From positions 704,001-768,000 of the forward strand of contig CAVPOM010000004.1 in NCBI GenBank assembly GCA_963707025.1: a DNA stretch of 64,000 bases. The letters are read 5' to 3'. The stretch is from an uncultured Verrucomicrobiae bacterium (GTDB lineage Bacteria > Verrucomicrobiota > Verrucomicrobiia > Limisphaerales > Palsa-1400). Made by a program: the position numbers and the translations under genes. This document shows, piece after piece, positions 54,267 to 64,000 of this stretch (position 1 is its first letter; every line of letters starts with the position of its first letter). A model generated the notes under the pieces. It searched no databases. It was not told the origin of the DNA and was given only the letters and a program-made list of their open reading frames with translations.

Positions 54267-55355
54267 ATGAACTCCATTCTTCCCGAACAAGGGGATCGTT
54301 GGCGCGGGGTCATCCACGCCTACCGCAGTCTGCTGCCGGTGACGGCCAAAACGCCGGTCGTTTCGCTCAACGAGGGAAACACCCCGCTGATTCGTGCGGA
54401 CAACTTCGTCCGGGCCGTCGGCGGGGAGTTTGAACTGTGGCTCAAATATGAGGCCGTCAATCCCACCTGCTCGTTCAAGGACCGCGGCATGAGCGTGGCG
54501 GTGTCCCTTGCCAGTGAACGCGGCGCGGAAATGGTCCTCTGCGCCAGCACCGGCAACACCTCCGCCTCAGCCGCTGCTTATGCCGCGCGCGCCGGCATGA
54601 AATGCGTGGTGCTCCTGCCGCACGGCCATATCGCCCTGGGCAAACTGGCCCAGACCCTCCTCTACGGGGCGACCACGGTGGCCGTGCAGGGGAATTTCGA
54701 CGCCGCCCTGCGCATTGTCCGGGAATTGGGCGCCACCGGGAAAGCGGAGGTCGTCAACAGCATTAATCCGGCGCGGATTGAAGGGCAGAAGACGGCCTCG
54801 TTCGAGATTTGCGACCAGTTGGGGCGCGCCCCCGATTTTCATTTTCTGCCGGTCGGCAACGCCGGAAACATCACGGCCTACTGGCGCGGCTACCAGGAAT
54901 ATCACGCCGCCAAAAAAAGCGACCGACTGCCGCGCATGTTCGGATTTCAGGCGGCGGGAGCCGCCCCCATCGTGGACGGCGCTCCCGTGGCCGAGCCGCA
55001 CACCATGGCCTCGGCCATCTGCATCGGCAATCCGGCCAGTTGGCAGGGAGCCACCAACGCGCTGGCCCAATCCGGCGGTTTTATTGGCAAAGTCACTGAT
55101 GAACAGATCGTGGCCGCCTACAAACTGATTGCCCGCACCGAGGGCCTGTTTGTCGAACCCGCCTCGGCGACCTGTTTGGCCGGCCTGATCGCCTGCCTCA
55201 AAGCGGGGAAAATTCCGGACGGAAGCGTCGTGGCCGCCACCATGACCGGCCATGGTTTGAAAGACCCCGACAACGCCATCAAGTCCGCCGGACGGGAGCC
55301 TATCGTGGTGGCGGCGGACCAGGAGGCGGTCGGCAAAGCCATCGGCCTGTCATGA
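54267..55355 (+). CDS. thrC: Threonine synthase
   Basis: EGNTPL, NPTCSFKDRG, ASTGNTS, PVGNAGN, TGHGLKDP. Confidence 0.96.
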   Translation: MNSILPEQGDRWRGVIHAYRSLLPVTAKTPVVSLNEGNTPLIRADNFVRAVGGEFELWLKYEAVNPTCSFKDRGMSVAVSLASERGAEMVLCASTGNTSASAAAYAARAGMKCVVLLPHGHIALGKLAQTLLYGATTVAVQGNFDAALRIVRELGATGKAEVVNSINPARIEGQKTASFEICDQLGRAPDFHFLPVGNAGNITAYWRGYQEYHAAKKSDRLPRMFGFQAAGAAPIVDGAPVAEPHTMASAICIGNPASWQGATNALAQSGGFIGKVTDEQIVAAYKLIARTEGLFVEPASATCLAGLIACLKAGKIPDGSVVAATMTGHGLKDPDNAIKSAGREPIVVAADQEAVGKAIGLS

Positions 55356-55387
55356 CGGCGGAGTGATTTTTTAAAACGACCAGCGCC

Positions 55388-56605
55388 ATGTCTCTCATTG
55401 TGCAAAAATACGGCGGCACCTCCGTCGCCAACCCGGACCGGATTAAAAACGTCGCCCAACGGGTGGCGGCTTGCCGGGCCAACGGCGACCAGGTGGTGGT
55501 GGTGACCTCGGCCATGAGTGGCGTCACCGACGACCTGATCAAAATGGCCAGGGCGCTCATGCCGCTGCCCAACGAGCGCGAGGTGGACATGCTCCTGGCC
55601 ACCGGCGAACAAACCACCATTGCCCTGACCGCCATCGCCCTGCACGCCCTGGGCGTGCCCGCCATATCCTTGACAGGCGCGCAGGCCGGCATCGTCACCG
55701 ACGGCGTCCATAACAAGGCCAAAATAAAGGACATCACCCCCAAACAAATCCACGCCCTGCTCAAGCAGGGCCAGGTCGTCATTGTCGCCGGATTCCAGGG
55801 CCAAACCATGGAAGGCCAGATCACCACCCTGGGGCGGGGAGGATCGGACCTGACGGCCATCGCCCTGGCCGCCGCCCTCAAGGCTGGTCTGTGCCAGATT
55901 TACACCGACGTGGACGGCGTCTATACCGCCGACCCGCGCATCGTTCCCAACGCCCGCAAGCTGGCGGAGATTTCCTACGATGAAATGCTCGAACTGGCCG
56001 GGCTGGGCGCCAAAGTCATGCAGTCCCGCTCGGTGGAATTCGCCAAAAAATTCGGCGTCATCTTCGAAGTCCGCTCCAGTCTGAACCACAACCCAGGAAC
56101 TATCGTGAAAGAAGAAACTCCCAGCATGGAAAGCGTCGTCATCCGCGGCGTCTCGCTCGACAAAAACCAGGCCAAACTCACCCTGGTGCAGGTCCCCGAC
56201 CGGCCCGGCGTGGCCGCCCTGGTTTTCAAAGCCATCGCCGAGGCCAACATCAATGTGGACATGATCGTGCAGAACATCAGCCACAATTTGAATTCTCCGG
56301 CGACGGACCTTTCCTTCACCGTGGACAAGGCGGATTTGCCCAAGGCCAGCAAGACCATCGAGGCGCTCAAGGAAAAAATCGGCTTCCGCCAGGTCATCGC
56401 CGATGAAAAGATCGGCAAGCTTTCCATTGTGGGCGTGGGCATGCGCAGCCATCCCGGCGTCGCGGCCAAAATGTTCGAGACCCTGGCCCAGGCCGGCATC
56501 AACATTGACATGATTTCCACCAGCGAGATCAAGGTCTCGGTCACGATTGATCTGGCCAAGGGCGAGGAAGCCATGCGCGTCGTTCACGCCGCTTTCCTGG
56601 GTTGA
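55388..56605 (+). CDS. lysC: Aspartate kinase
   Basis: VQKYGGTSV, TTLGRGGSD, TDVDGVY, two ACT domains. Confidence 0.96.
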   Translation: MSLIVQKYGGTSVANPDRIKNVAQRVAACRANGDQVVVVTSAMSGVTDDLIKMARALMPLPNEREVDMLLATGEQTTIALTAIALHALGVPAISLTGAQAGIVTDGVHNKAKIKDITPKQIHALLKQGQVVIVAGFQGQTMEGQITTLGRGGSDLTAIALAAALKAGLCQIYTDVDGVYTADPRIVPNARKLAEISYDEMLELAGLGAKVMQSRSVEFAKKFGVIFEVRSSLNHNPGTIVKEETPSMESVVIRGVSLDKNQAKLTLVQVPDRPGVAALVFKAIAEANINVDMIVQNISHNLNSPATDLSFTVDKADLPKASKTIEALKEKIGFRQVIADEKIGKLSIVGVGMRSHPGVAAKMFETLAQAGINIDMISTSEIKVSVTIDLAKGEEAMRVVHAAFLG

Positions 56606-56685
56606 TGGCCAAAGTGTTGACATGGGTTTTCTGGTGATGGCTTGGATCACAGGATTAGGAGAGGGTTGCAGGCTGGGTGCATGGC

Positions 56686-56773
56686 AGGCCCTCCCCGGGG
56701 GGGTCGGGAACTGAAACCAGGTGAAATTAGGTGAAACCAGGTGAAATTAGGTGAAACGGAATTGAAATCAGCC
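56686..56773 (-). repeat. Phased 6 x TTTCA array, copy C
   Basis: TGAAA at 56712, 56722, 56732, 56742, 56752, 56763; minus strand reads GGCTGATTTCA...TTTCAGTTC...GGGCCTG. Confidence 0.9.
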
Positions 56774-56934
56774 GCCATCCATTTTGAACCGCGAACCCCG
56801 GGTGGAGTGATGGAGTCATGGCGGGATGGAGTGATGGCGCCGGCGCGGCCAACGCCAGCAGAAAAATGCGGGGAATCCCGTCTTGGACCCGTCACCGTCT
56901 GATTCCACTGTGCCTTTCCCGTTCTCACTATGCG

Positions 56935-56962
56935 AATTTAGCATATAGGAAAGGGATGTCAA
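56935..56962 (-). promoter_or_regulatory. Sigma70-like promoter pointing into array copy C
   Basis: TTGACA-16 bp-TAAATT with TGn extension on the minus strand. Confidence 0.5.
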
Positions 56963-57081
56963 CGGAAAAGTGCGGAAGAATGCGGATTGTTGCAAGGTTC
57001 TAAGCATTAGATACTTACGTATCCAGATAACCCCATAGTGAAGGGCAAAACGCGCCTTGCGGCCAGCGGCAAACCAAGGAA

Positions 57082-57165
57082 TTGAACCGCGGATGGACGC
57101 GGAGGGAGGGGAGATGCAGAATGAAGGAGCGGCTTGAACCGCGGATTTCACGGATTTCACGGATA
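57082..57165 (+). repeat. Short intergenic repeats TTGAACCGCGGAT x2 and tandem CGGATTTCA
   Basis: Read directly; related TTGACCACGGATTTC near 21998. Confidence 0.7.
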
Positions 57166-57414
57166 AAAAAGACCTTTCAACGCAGGGATCCACTCAACGG
57201 TTTGGCCGCCTATTCCTGCGCTGACTTCGCCAATGTCTGGCGTTATTCCGGCGTTGTCCTGGCGCGCCCGTGTTGATCGAACCCAGGAAATCTGTCGCCA
57301 GCGCAAAGGCAGCATCCTCCATGGTCCATGATCCATCGCCGCCGGTTTGCAAGTTTTCGGTGGAAAGTTCTTGCGCGCGGGGCGGGGGATGGGTTATCAA
57401 CGCGCTGTTCTTTG

Positions 57415-57594
57415 ATAGATCATGGATGGCTTTGCCATCCCGCCGTAGCCAGCGCTGGGAAGCTCGTGAAATTCGAGCACGGTTGCGCCACTGTGACGGG
57501 TTACAATCTTCCAGGGCCACTGGTTCCGCCAAACGGAGCCGGGAAGGCGGGAGTGCGGTCTGAAACCCGAAAGTCAGGACATCAGCATGGCTAT
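57415..57594 (+). ncRNA. Cobalamin riboswitch
   Basis: GGGAA, GTGAAATTC loop, GCCACTGTGA, second GCCACTG...GGGAAGG, B12-box-like AGTCAGGACATCAGC, closing stem ATAG..CATG/CATG..CTAT. Confidence 0.85.
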
Positions 57595-57794
57595 ACGCTC
57601 GTCGGGTCCCGCCCTCGCGGGACCGCTTCTCCGTCAAAGAGAAGGATGAGGCCAGCCCGCGGCAACTGTTTTGCCGCGGATCGTGAATGCCTTCATTCTC
57701 CGTTTTGCCGGAGCCTGAAGGTTTTTTGTTTTCTGGCTCCGGCACTGGTCTCCAAACCGTTCCCCCCGACCGGAACATTGTTGAAAGACCAGTT

Positions 57795-58814
57795 ATGAAA
57801 ATAAAGTTTCTCTTGGCGCCGGCCGCGGCCGGCTGCGCGTTGCTCTCCACCCTTCACGCCGGCACGCTGGCGGAGGATTTTTCCCACGACCCGGCGCTGG
57901 ACGGCTGGCAGGTGCATGGGGATTCCAACCTGTTCCATTGGGATGCGGTCAATCGTAACCTGCAGGTGACCTGGGATTCCTCGCGGCCCAACAGCTATTT
58001 CTACCACCCGCTGGGCACGATTCTGGGCACGAATGACGATTTTTCCATGTCGTTTGATTTGCTTCTCCGCGACTGCGCCATTGGCGTAAACCCGGCTGCT
58101 CCGGACAGCTTCGAACTGGCAAGCGGCTTGATGAATTATGCCGAAGCGACCAGCACGAATTTTCTGCGCGGCGGCTACTCTCCAACCCAGCCGATTCTCC
58201 AGCCGGACTTGGCGGAATTTGACTTCTTCCAATGGGATGACGTTCCGCCTTATCCGGCCACGAATACCGTCTGGCCGAGCTTCATAGACAGCCAGAACGA
58301 CTTTTATTGGAACGGCGACAGTTCGTTCGGCGTGGTGGAACTGCCGACAAACATCGTGATGCAGGTCGCCGTGAATTATACGGCGTCCAATCAAACCTGT
58401 GTGCTGACCATCACCACCAACGGCGTGGCGGTCGTCGTCCCGGTGGTGGTTGTGCTCAACGCCCCGGGAGTGTATTTCGGCGATTATCATCTGGATGCTT
58501 TTGCCGTGGAAAGTTACTCGGACGTGGACTCGGGCGGCTCGCTGCTGGCGCACGGGGCCATCGGGAACGTGCTGCTGGTGGTGCCGCCACCGCCGGTGAC
58601 GTTGTTGCAGCCGGCGCTGGTCAACGGGGTGGGGCAGGTGCAGTTCGCCAGCCGGATCGCCTGGAATTATGTGCTGCAAAGCAGCGCCGATCTTCAGACC
58701 TGGCTGCCGGCGGGGCCGCCTGCTGCCGGGACGGGCGGCAATCTGATTTTGCAGGACACCAATGCGGCGCAGCCACATCAGTTTTATCGCGTCAACGCCG
58801 TGCGAGCGGACTAA
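57795..58814 (+). CDS. Secreted acidic/aromatic hypothetical protein with C-terminal LQSSADLQTW...FYRV domain
   Basis: Signal peptide ending LHA; first gene after the riboswitch. Confidence 0.8.
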   Translation: MKIKFLLAPAAAGCALLSTLHAGTLAEDFSHDPALDGWQVHGDSNLFHWDAVNRNLQVTWDSSRPNSYFYHPLGTILGTNDDFSMSFDLLLRDCAIGVNPAAPDSFELASGLMNYAEATSTNFLRGGYSPTQPILQPDLAEFDFFQWDDVPPYPATNTVWPSFIDSQNDFYWNGDSSFGVVELPTNIVMQVAVNYTASNQTCVLTITTNGVAVVVPVVVVLNAPGVYFGDYHLDAFAVESYSDVDSGGSLLAHGAIGNVLLVVPPPPVTLLQPALVNGVGQVQFASRIAWNYVLQSSADLQTWLPAGPPAAGTGGNLILQDTNAAQPHQFYRVNAVRAD

Positions 58815-58819
58815 AAATC

Positions 58820-59752
58820 GTGACCGAACCGGAACAAAAAATCTGCCCGCGTTGCGGGGCGCCGTTTGCCTGCGGCGCGCCCAAGGCCTGCTGGTGCGGG
58901 GAGTTTCCCCCGCTGGCCGGCCTCCAGGCCGAATCCGGCTGTCTTTGCCCGGAATGCCTGGGCCGGGCGACGGCGGCGGAGAGCGCCGTGGCGCGCGGTC
59001 ATCGGAACCGGCCCGCCATGAAACGCGCGCCCGGTTTCACGCTCATGGAACTTCTAGTGACCGTTGCGGTCATTGGCCTGCTGGCGTCCATTTTGTTGCC
59101 GGCGCTCGGCCGCGGCAAGCTGCCGGCGCAGGCGGCCAAGTGCGGGAGCAATCTGCGCCAGTTCGTGGCGGCCGGGCAGATGTACTGGGATGACAACAAC
59201 GGAAACCCCTTCCCCTACGCCGGGGCCAGCACGCCCAACGGCACTTGCTATTGGTTTGGTTTGCTGGGGCCGGGCGCGGAGGAGACCCGCTCTTTCGATC
59301 CCACGGCCGGCCCGTTATATCCCTGGCTTGGCACCGGCGTGGACTTATGCCCCGCCTTTGACTATTCCTCCCCGCAATTCAAATTGAAAGCCTCCGTGCC
59401 GACTTGCGATTACGGCTATAACTCCTCCATTTACGGACCTCCCCTGAACATGGCAAAACTGGCCGCGCCGGCCCGTCTGGCCTTCCTGGCGGACTCGGCC
59501 CAGGTGAACACGTTTGAAGCGCCCGCCTCGGCTAGAAATCCCATGTTCGAGGAATGGTATTATATTGACAACGAGGCCGGCCAGCCCAGCCCCCAGCCCA
59601 ACGGCCAATTCCGCCATCGCCAACGGGCCAATGCGGTGTTTGTGGACGGCCATCTGGGCCTGGAGCACATGGTCCCCGGCTCGCTGGACGAGCGCCTGCC
59701 GGCGCAGTGGATCGGCTGGCTGCGGCCTGAAATTCTGGAGCCGGGCCCATAA
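58820..59752 (+). CDS. Cys-rich CWC domain fused to prepilin-type N-methylation / H-X9-DG domain protein
   Basis: GTG start; CPRCGAPFAC...CWC...CLCPEC; GFTLMELL; FRHRQRANAVFVDGH; alternative ATG at 59018. Confidence 0.82.
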   Translation: MTEPEQKICPRCGAPFACGAPKACWCGEFPPLAGLQAESGCLCPECLGRATAAESAVARGHRNRPAMKRAPGFTLMELLVTVAVIGLLASILLPALGRGKLPAQAAKCGSNLRQFVAAGQMYWDDNNGNPFPYAGASTPNGTCYWFGLLGPGAEETRSFDPTAGPLYPWLGTGVDLCPAFDYSSPQFKLKASVPTCDYGYNSSIYGPPLNMAKLAAPARLAFLADSAQVNTFEAPASARNPMFEEWYYIDNEAGQPSPQPNGQFRHRQRANAVFVDGHLGLEHMVPGSLDERLPAQWIGWLRPEILEPGP

Positions 59753-59797
59753 AATCCTGCTTTACATGGGACGGCGGCAGGGCGAGGCTGAAGTATT

Positions 59798-59926
59798 ATG
59801 ACCGACACGAATTTGGCGTTTTGGGGATTGTGGATGGTGCCGCTGGGCGTGGCGATTTGCTTCGGCCCGGCTCTGATCGTCTGGCTGCGCGCGGAGATCA
59901 AGGCGGGCAAAGACAAGAAGAAATAG
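59798..59926 (+). CDS. 42-aa small membrane protein (below the ORF-track cutoff)
   Basis: MTDTNLAFWGLWMVPLGVAICFGPALIVWLRAEIKAGKDKKK; hydrophobic core, basic tail, GC3-rich codons. Confidence 0.6.
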   Translation: MTDTNLAFWGLWMVPLGVAICFGPALIVWLRAEIKAGKDKKK

Positions 59927-59953
59927 GGCCGCCCGGCGCGGCGTTATGGTTTG

Positions 59954-62900
59954 TCACTGGAGAGGCTGCAGGAGGATCGAGCAGGCGTTGGTGGCGGTGA
60001 GAAAGAATCCCCCGGCGCTGTTGGAAGTTTGCAAAACGGCTCCCAGTCCCTGGACGGGGGCGGCGCCGCTGCCGTTGCCGAAGCTCAACTTCAATCCGCC
60101 TGTCGTGGGAATGATGGAACCCGTCAACGAATTGGGCGGGGCGCCGCCCAGCTTGGCCAAATTATTGTTGTCGAGCACCGCCACTGTGAAATCCAGGTCA
60201 ATGCCGGCGCTGGCGTCGGTGATGAACAAATCTCCCTTGGGAAAGGAAATGGCCGGGGTGTTGGCGGGCGGGTTGGTCCAAAGTGCGCCTTGCAGGGCCA
60301 ACAGATTGGTAAACCCAGCGGGATAGAGAGCCATCGCGCCGGACGGTTTTTTAATCCAAGTGAGGAGATTGGCGGGCGGCGCCGCCTCCAAATTGGTCAG
60401 ACTGATCCAACCGAAGAGCAGGCCGGTGTTCTTGTCCAGGCTGGCATAGACGGGCACGTCGCCGGCCACCGAAGCGGGCACGGTCTGGCTGAAATTGGTT
60501 CCGTCCGCCAGCGCGCCGGTGAGCGTGACCAGGCCCGCGTGGTTGGTCACCAAGGCATAGCCATCGCCGGGCGGGGCAATCGTCGAGGCATTGAACGGCG
60601 AAAAGAGCATGGTGTACTCAGCCGAAAAGAGGGTGTTGCCGGCCAACTCGGCGGTTAAATTGGCGACCCACAGATTGCTGGAAACGGTCCCTACAATTTG
60701 ATTGCTTGGCGATTTTTCCAAGGTCAGGTCAAGCAGCAACGGCCCGCCGGGAGCGTTGGAAGCCCCGAGGCTGGCCGCCGCATGGCCGAAGATATCGAAG
60801 CTGCCCGTGAGGGGATAATTGGTTCCCGCGATGAACAGCTTGCCGCTGAAAGCGCCGTTTGTTTTCAAGACCAGATTATAGAGCATCCCGGCGGTTTCTT
60901 CGGTGACGCCGCCGGCGGCGGAGAACAAACCGTTGTAAATTCCAGCGGCGGGCAGAAAGAAATTGGTGACGAAATTGGCCGTCAACGTCATGTTGGACTC
61001 CATGAGAAAGGTCAGCGGATTAGCCGTAGCGGCGATCGCCCCCGTCCAGTTGGAAAACAAATTGCCGGGATGGGGCACAGCGGTGACGGCATAGTTCCGG
61101 CCCACCACCAGGGAGGTGCCGGTGAAACCATGGGTGATTGTGCCAGGGCCGGCCGTCTGCAGGGTAAGCGTGCTTTGTGTCAAGTAAAATACGGAGGCGG
61201 TTTGGGCCGCGGAGTGATTGCCCAGGCGATCCAGGCTCCAGGCGCTGAAAAGGTTCGTTCCCGGCTGCAAGGTCACCAGGGCGGACCAGTTGCTCCATTG
61301 CGTTGAAGTGATTGCGGAAACCCAAGGTCCGCCGTTGAGTTGGTACTGCACGCCGGCCACGCCAAATTTTCCCGCGGCCGTTCCCTGCACGGTCAGAGCC
61401 GGCGCCGTCACGCTGGACAGGAGCGGTTTCAGGGTCAGGGTTGGCGGCGGGACGGCCAGGGCGACAACGGCACTGGTGGCCGAGCCATAAGTGTTGGAAA
61501 CCACCACCGCATAACTTCCGGCGTCGGCGAGCACGGCGGCGGTGACGCTCAACTGGCTTGTGGCGAAGCCGGCAATATTGCCGCCGTCGGCCAGAGGGGT
61601 CCCATCCAGGCTCCATTGATAAGTCAAGGGAGGCGAACCAAGGGCCCGGACGGAGAATTGCACGTTGGTATTGGGCGCGAAGTTCCGCCCGGCCGGTGGC
61701 TGGAAGATGATCGGGGCCAGGGCGGAAAGGTTGGTCTGGAGGCTGATCAACCCGGCACCGGCTGCGGTCACAAAGAATCCCGCAGCGCTGTTGGAAGTTT
61801 GCAGGATGGCTCCGGCCCCGGTGGTGGTGCTCATGCCCTTGCCGTTGCCGAAGGTGAGGTTGAGAAGGCCGGTTTTGGGATTGATGGAACCGGTCAACGA
61901 ATTGGTCGGATAGCCGCCCAGCTTGGCCAGGGCGTTGTTGTTGCTGACGGCCACGTTGAAGGTGAGGGCAAGGCTGGAGTTGGAGACGACCAACAATCCA
62001 CTGGTGACTGGTATGGCCGGGACGTGGGCGGGCGGGTTGGTCCAAAGCGCGCCTTCCACCAGAAGTGTGTTGGTAAACCCGCCGGGATAAAGAGCGGTCG
62101 CGCTGGACGGTTTCTTAATCCAAGTGAGAAGATTGGTGGGCGGGGCAGCCTGCCCGTTGGTCAGATTGATCCAACCCAAGAGCAGGCCGGTGTTCTTGTA
62201 AAGGCTGGCATAGACCGGGATGTCGCCGGTCGCCGAAGCGGGCACGGTTTGGTTAAAAGCGGTTCCATCCGCCAGCGCGCCGCTGAGCGTGACCCGGCCC
62301 GCATGATTGGTGACCAGGGCATAACCGTCGCCTGGCGGGGTATTGGCGGAGGCGCCGCCGGGCGGGGAAAGCAGAAGGGTTTGCTCCGCCGATGGCAGCC
62401 CCGCGCCAGCCAACTCGGCGAGCAAATTCGCGGTCCAAAAAGTGTTTGAAACCGTGCCCAGGATTTGGTTGGTGGGCGCTTGTTGCAGGGATAATTCAAC
62501 CTGCAGTTGGCCGCCCGGCGCGGTGGCCGGTCCGACGCTCAGAGCGGCCTGGCCGAGTATGTCGAAGGCACCTGTGAGAGTGTATTTCGTGCCCGCGATC
62601 AGCAGTTCGCCGCTGAAAACGCCGTTAGTTTTCAGGATCAGGCCGCTGATCATTCCGGCGGTTTCTTCGGTGACGCCGCTGGTGGTGGAGAACAGGCCGT
62701 TGTAAGTTCCTGCGGTGGGCAGGAAGAAATTGGTGACAAAATTGGCCTGCAAGGCCGTGTCCGATTCCAGCAGGAACGTCAGGGGATTGTTGGTGGCGGT
62801 GATCGTCCCCGTCCAGTTGGAAAACAAATTGCCGGGATTCGCCACGGCGGTGAGGGTATAGTTCCGGCCTTCCACCAGGAAGTTGTTGGTGAAACTACGG

Positions 62901-64000
62901 GTGATTTTTCCAAAGCCGCTGGTCGTCAACGTCAGGGCACCGAAGTTCGTGTAAAAAACAGCGACGCGGTTGGTGCGGGACACTTGGCCGATGAGATCCA
63001 CGCTGTAGGCGCTGAAAAGGTTCGTCCCCGGCTGCAAGGTCACGCTGGCGGACCAGTTGGACTGAGTCAGGAGGTTCGTGCCAGTCCAGGCCCCGCCGTC
63101 AAGTTGGTACTGCACATTGGTCACGCCGAATTCTCCCGCCGCGGTTCCCATCACCGTGAGGTCGGGAGTCAACACGCCGGACATGGTTGGCAGAATGGTC
63201 AGTGTCGGCGGCGGGATCGTCAATGTCACAATGGAACTGGTGACCGAGCCGTAGGGATTGGAGACGACCACGGAATAATTGCCGGCATTATCCGGCGCCA
63301 GAGGGTAGATCGTCAGGTTGGAGGTCGTTGCACCGGTGATTTCCGGGCCGTCGGTCAAAGCATTCGTTTCGTTGACCATCCATTGGAAAGTCAAGGGCGC
63401 AGCCCCGGTGGCCGTCACGCTCAGATTCAGCGGCATTCCCGGCGCCGGTTTGACGGTCTTAGGAGGTTCGGTCTGGATGGTCACAGGCACGAACACCGTC
63501 AAGATGTTGGTTTCGCTGCTGATGACGCCGCCATCCAGCAGCGTGGAAGCGCCGACCAGGACGGAATAACTGCCCATGTCATTGGTGGAAACCGGGTTGA
63601 TGGTCAAAATGTTGCTCCAAGCGCCGGAAATGCGGCCGCCGTCAACGAGATTGGTTCCATTAAACTGCCATTGGTAACCCAGCGGAGAGGCATTGGTGCT
63701 GCTGGCAGCCACCTGGAAGGTGGCTATGCTGCCGGCGTTGGTCGAGACGTCGGACGATAGATCGGATATCGTCGGCGGGGTGGCGCTGGTTAAATCCAGA
63801 AGATTGGCTTCAAAGGCCCCCATGGTGGTGGGGGAGGATCGAGGCCGGAAGATCTGGTCGTAGGCCGGAAAGGTGAGGCCCGGGATGCCGGGGATGACGC
63901 CAACGGCCAGGCTGCCGGAAAAAACGGCCAGGGTCTGACCCGGCGAGCCGCCCAACAAGCCCACCACCGTGTTGCCCGGCGCGCTCAGGCCGGTGTCCAG
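59954..64000 (-). CDS. Very large secreted Ig-like / repeat-domain protein, 5' end outside the window
   Basis: Frame open to the window edge; Ig motifs YQW...G.YSVVVSN; ANPGNLFSNWTG...ANF units; ~589-aa module duplicated. Confidence 0.88.
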   Translation of the reverse strand: MDTGLSAPGNTVVGLLGGSPGQTLAVFSGSLAVGVIPGIPGLTFPAYDQIFRPRSSPTTMGAFEANLLDLTSATPPTISDLSSDVSTNAGSIATFQVAASSTNASPLGYQWQFNGTNLVDGGRISGAWSNILTINPVSTNDMGSYSVLVGASTLLDGGVISSETNILTVFVPVTIQTEPPKTVKPAPGMPLNLSVTATGAAPLTFQWMVNETNALTDGPEITGATTSNLTIYPLAPDNAGNYSVVVSNPYGSVTSSIVTLTIPPPTLTILPTMSGVLTPDLTVMGTAAGEFGVTNVQYQLDGGAWTGTNLLTQSNWSASVTLQPGTNLFSAYSVDLIGQVSRTNRVAVFYTNFGALTLTTSGFGKITRSFTNNFLVEGRNYTLTAVANPGNLFSNWTGTITATNNPLTFLLESDTALQANFVTNFFLPTAGTYNGLFSTTSGVTEETAGMISGLILKTNGVFSGELLIAGTKYTLTGAFDILGQAALSVGPATAPGGQLQVELSLQQAPTNQILGTVSNTFWTANLLAELAGAGLPSAEQTLLLSPPGGASANTPPGDGYALVTNHAGRVTLSGALADGTAFNQTVPASATGDIPVYASLYKNTGLLLGWINLTNGQAAPPTNLLTWIKKPSSATALYPGGFTNTLLVEGALWTNPPAHVPAIPVTSGLLVVSNSSLALTFNVAVSNNNALAKLGGYPTNSLTGSINPKTGLLNLTFGNGKGMSTTTGAGAILQTSNSAAGFFVTAAGAGLISLQTNLSALAPIIFQPPAGRNFAPNTNVQFSVRALGSPPLTYQWSLDGTPLADGGNIAGFATSQLSVTAAVLADAGSYAVVVSNTYGSATSAVVALAVPPPTLTLKPLLSSVTAPALTVQGTAAGKFGVAGVQYQLNGGPWVSAITSTQWSNWSALVTLQPGTNLFSAWSLDRLGNHSAAQTASVFYLTQSTLTLQTAGPGTITHGFTGTSLVVGRNYAVTAVPHPGNLFSNWTGAIAATANPLTFLMESNMTLTANFVTNFFLPAAGIYNGLFSAAGGVTEETAGMLYNLVLKTNGAFSGKLFIAGTNYPLTGSFDIFGHAAASLGASNAPGGPLLLDLTLEKSPSNQIVGTVSSNLWVANLTAELAGNTLFSAEYTMLFSPFNASTIAPPGDGYALVTNHAGLVTLTGALADGTNFSQTVPASVAGDVPVYASLDKNTGLLFGWISLTNLEAAPPANLLTWIKKPSGAMALYPAGFTNLLALQGALWTNPPANTPAISFPKGDLFITDASAGIDLDFTVAVLDNNNLAKLGGAPPNSLTGSIIPTTGGLKLSFGNGSGAAPVQGLGAVLQTSNSAGGFFLTATNACSILLQPLQ

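Noticed and set aside
56647..56928. 93-aa ORF over array C (and the 41866 ORF at locus B) as conserved proteins
   Set aside because: Translations of the three loci share nothing beyond the repeat, and copies A and B have stops in some frames; DNA/RNA-level function is more likely

Overview
High-GC bacterial chromosomal window. Gene content (LpxI, b558-type sdhCAB, YdjY, H-X9-DG pseudopilin, Thr/Asn-rich secreted proteins) suggests Verrucomicrobiota, probably a Pedosphaera/Limisphaerales-like lineage; this is inference. Housekeeping genes: fumC, suhB, lpxI, folC, sdhCAB, metK, ahcY, rex, hom, thrC, lysC. Accessory content: secreted LRR, beta-propeller and Ig-like proteins, two glycosidase-like genes, an ECF sigma/anti-sigma/PDZ operon, an ATP-grasp/alpha-E/transglutaminase operon, an ABC-ATPase + DUF4276 pair, a putative type II R-M pair, a complete group II intron and a cobalamin-riboswitch operon. 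About nine single-base indels break seven genes and are most likely read errors. The most striking signals are: (1) three dispersed copies of an element with exactly six TTTCA motifs in 10-bp helical phase, ending TTTCAGTTC plus a G/C-rich tract; (2) a group II intron whose EBS1 loop is complementary to a second 10-bp-phased repeat (GTCAAAC x3) at one of those loci; (3) a B12-riboswitch operon with a Cys-rich CWC domain fused to a pseudopilin; (4) a shared C-terminal 'xDLxxW...F/YYR' domain and a +1 Gln on unrelated secreted proteins, with a glutaminyl cyclase in the same window; (5) a 183-bp MITE with a perfect 9-bp target-site duplication. All family assignments come from motif recognition by eye; no searches were run.
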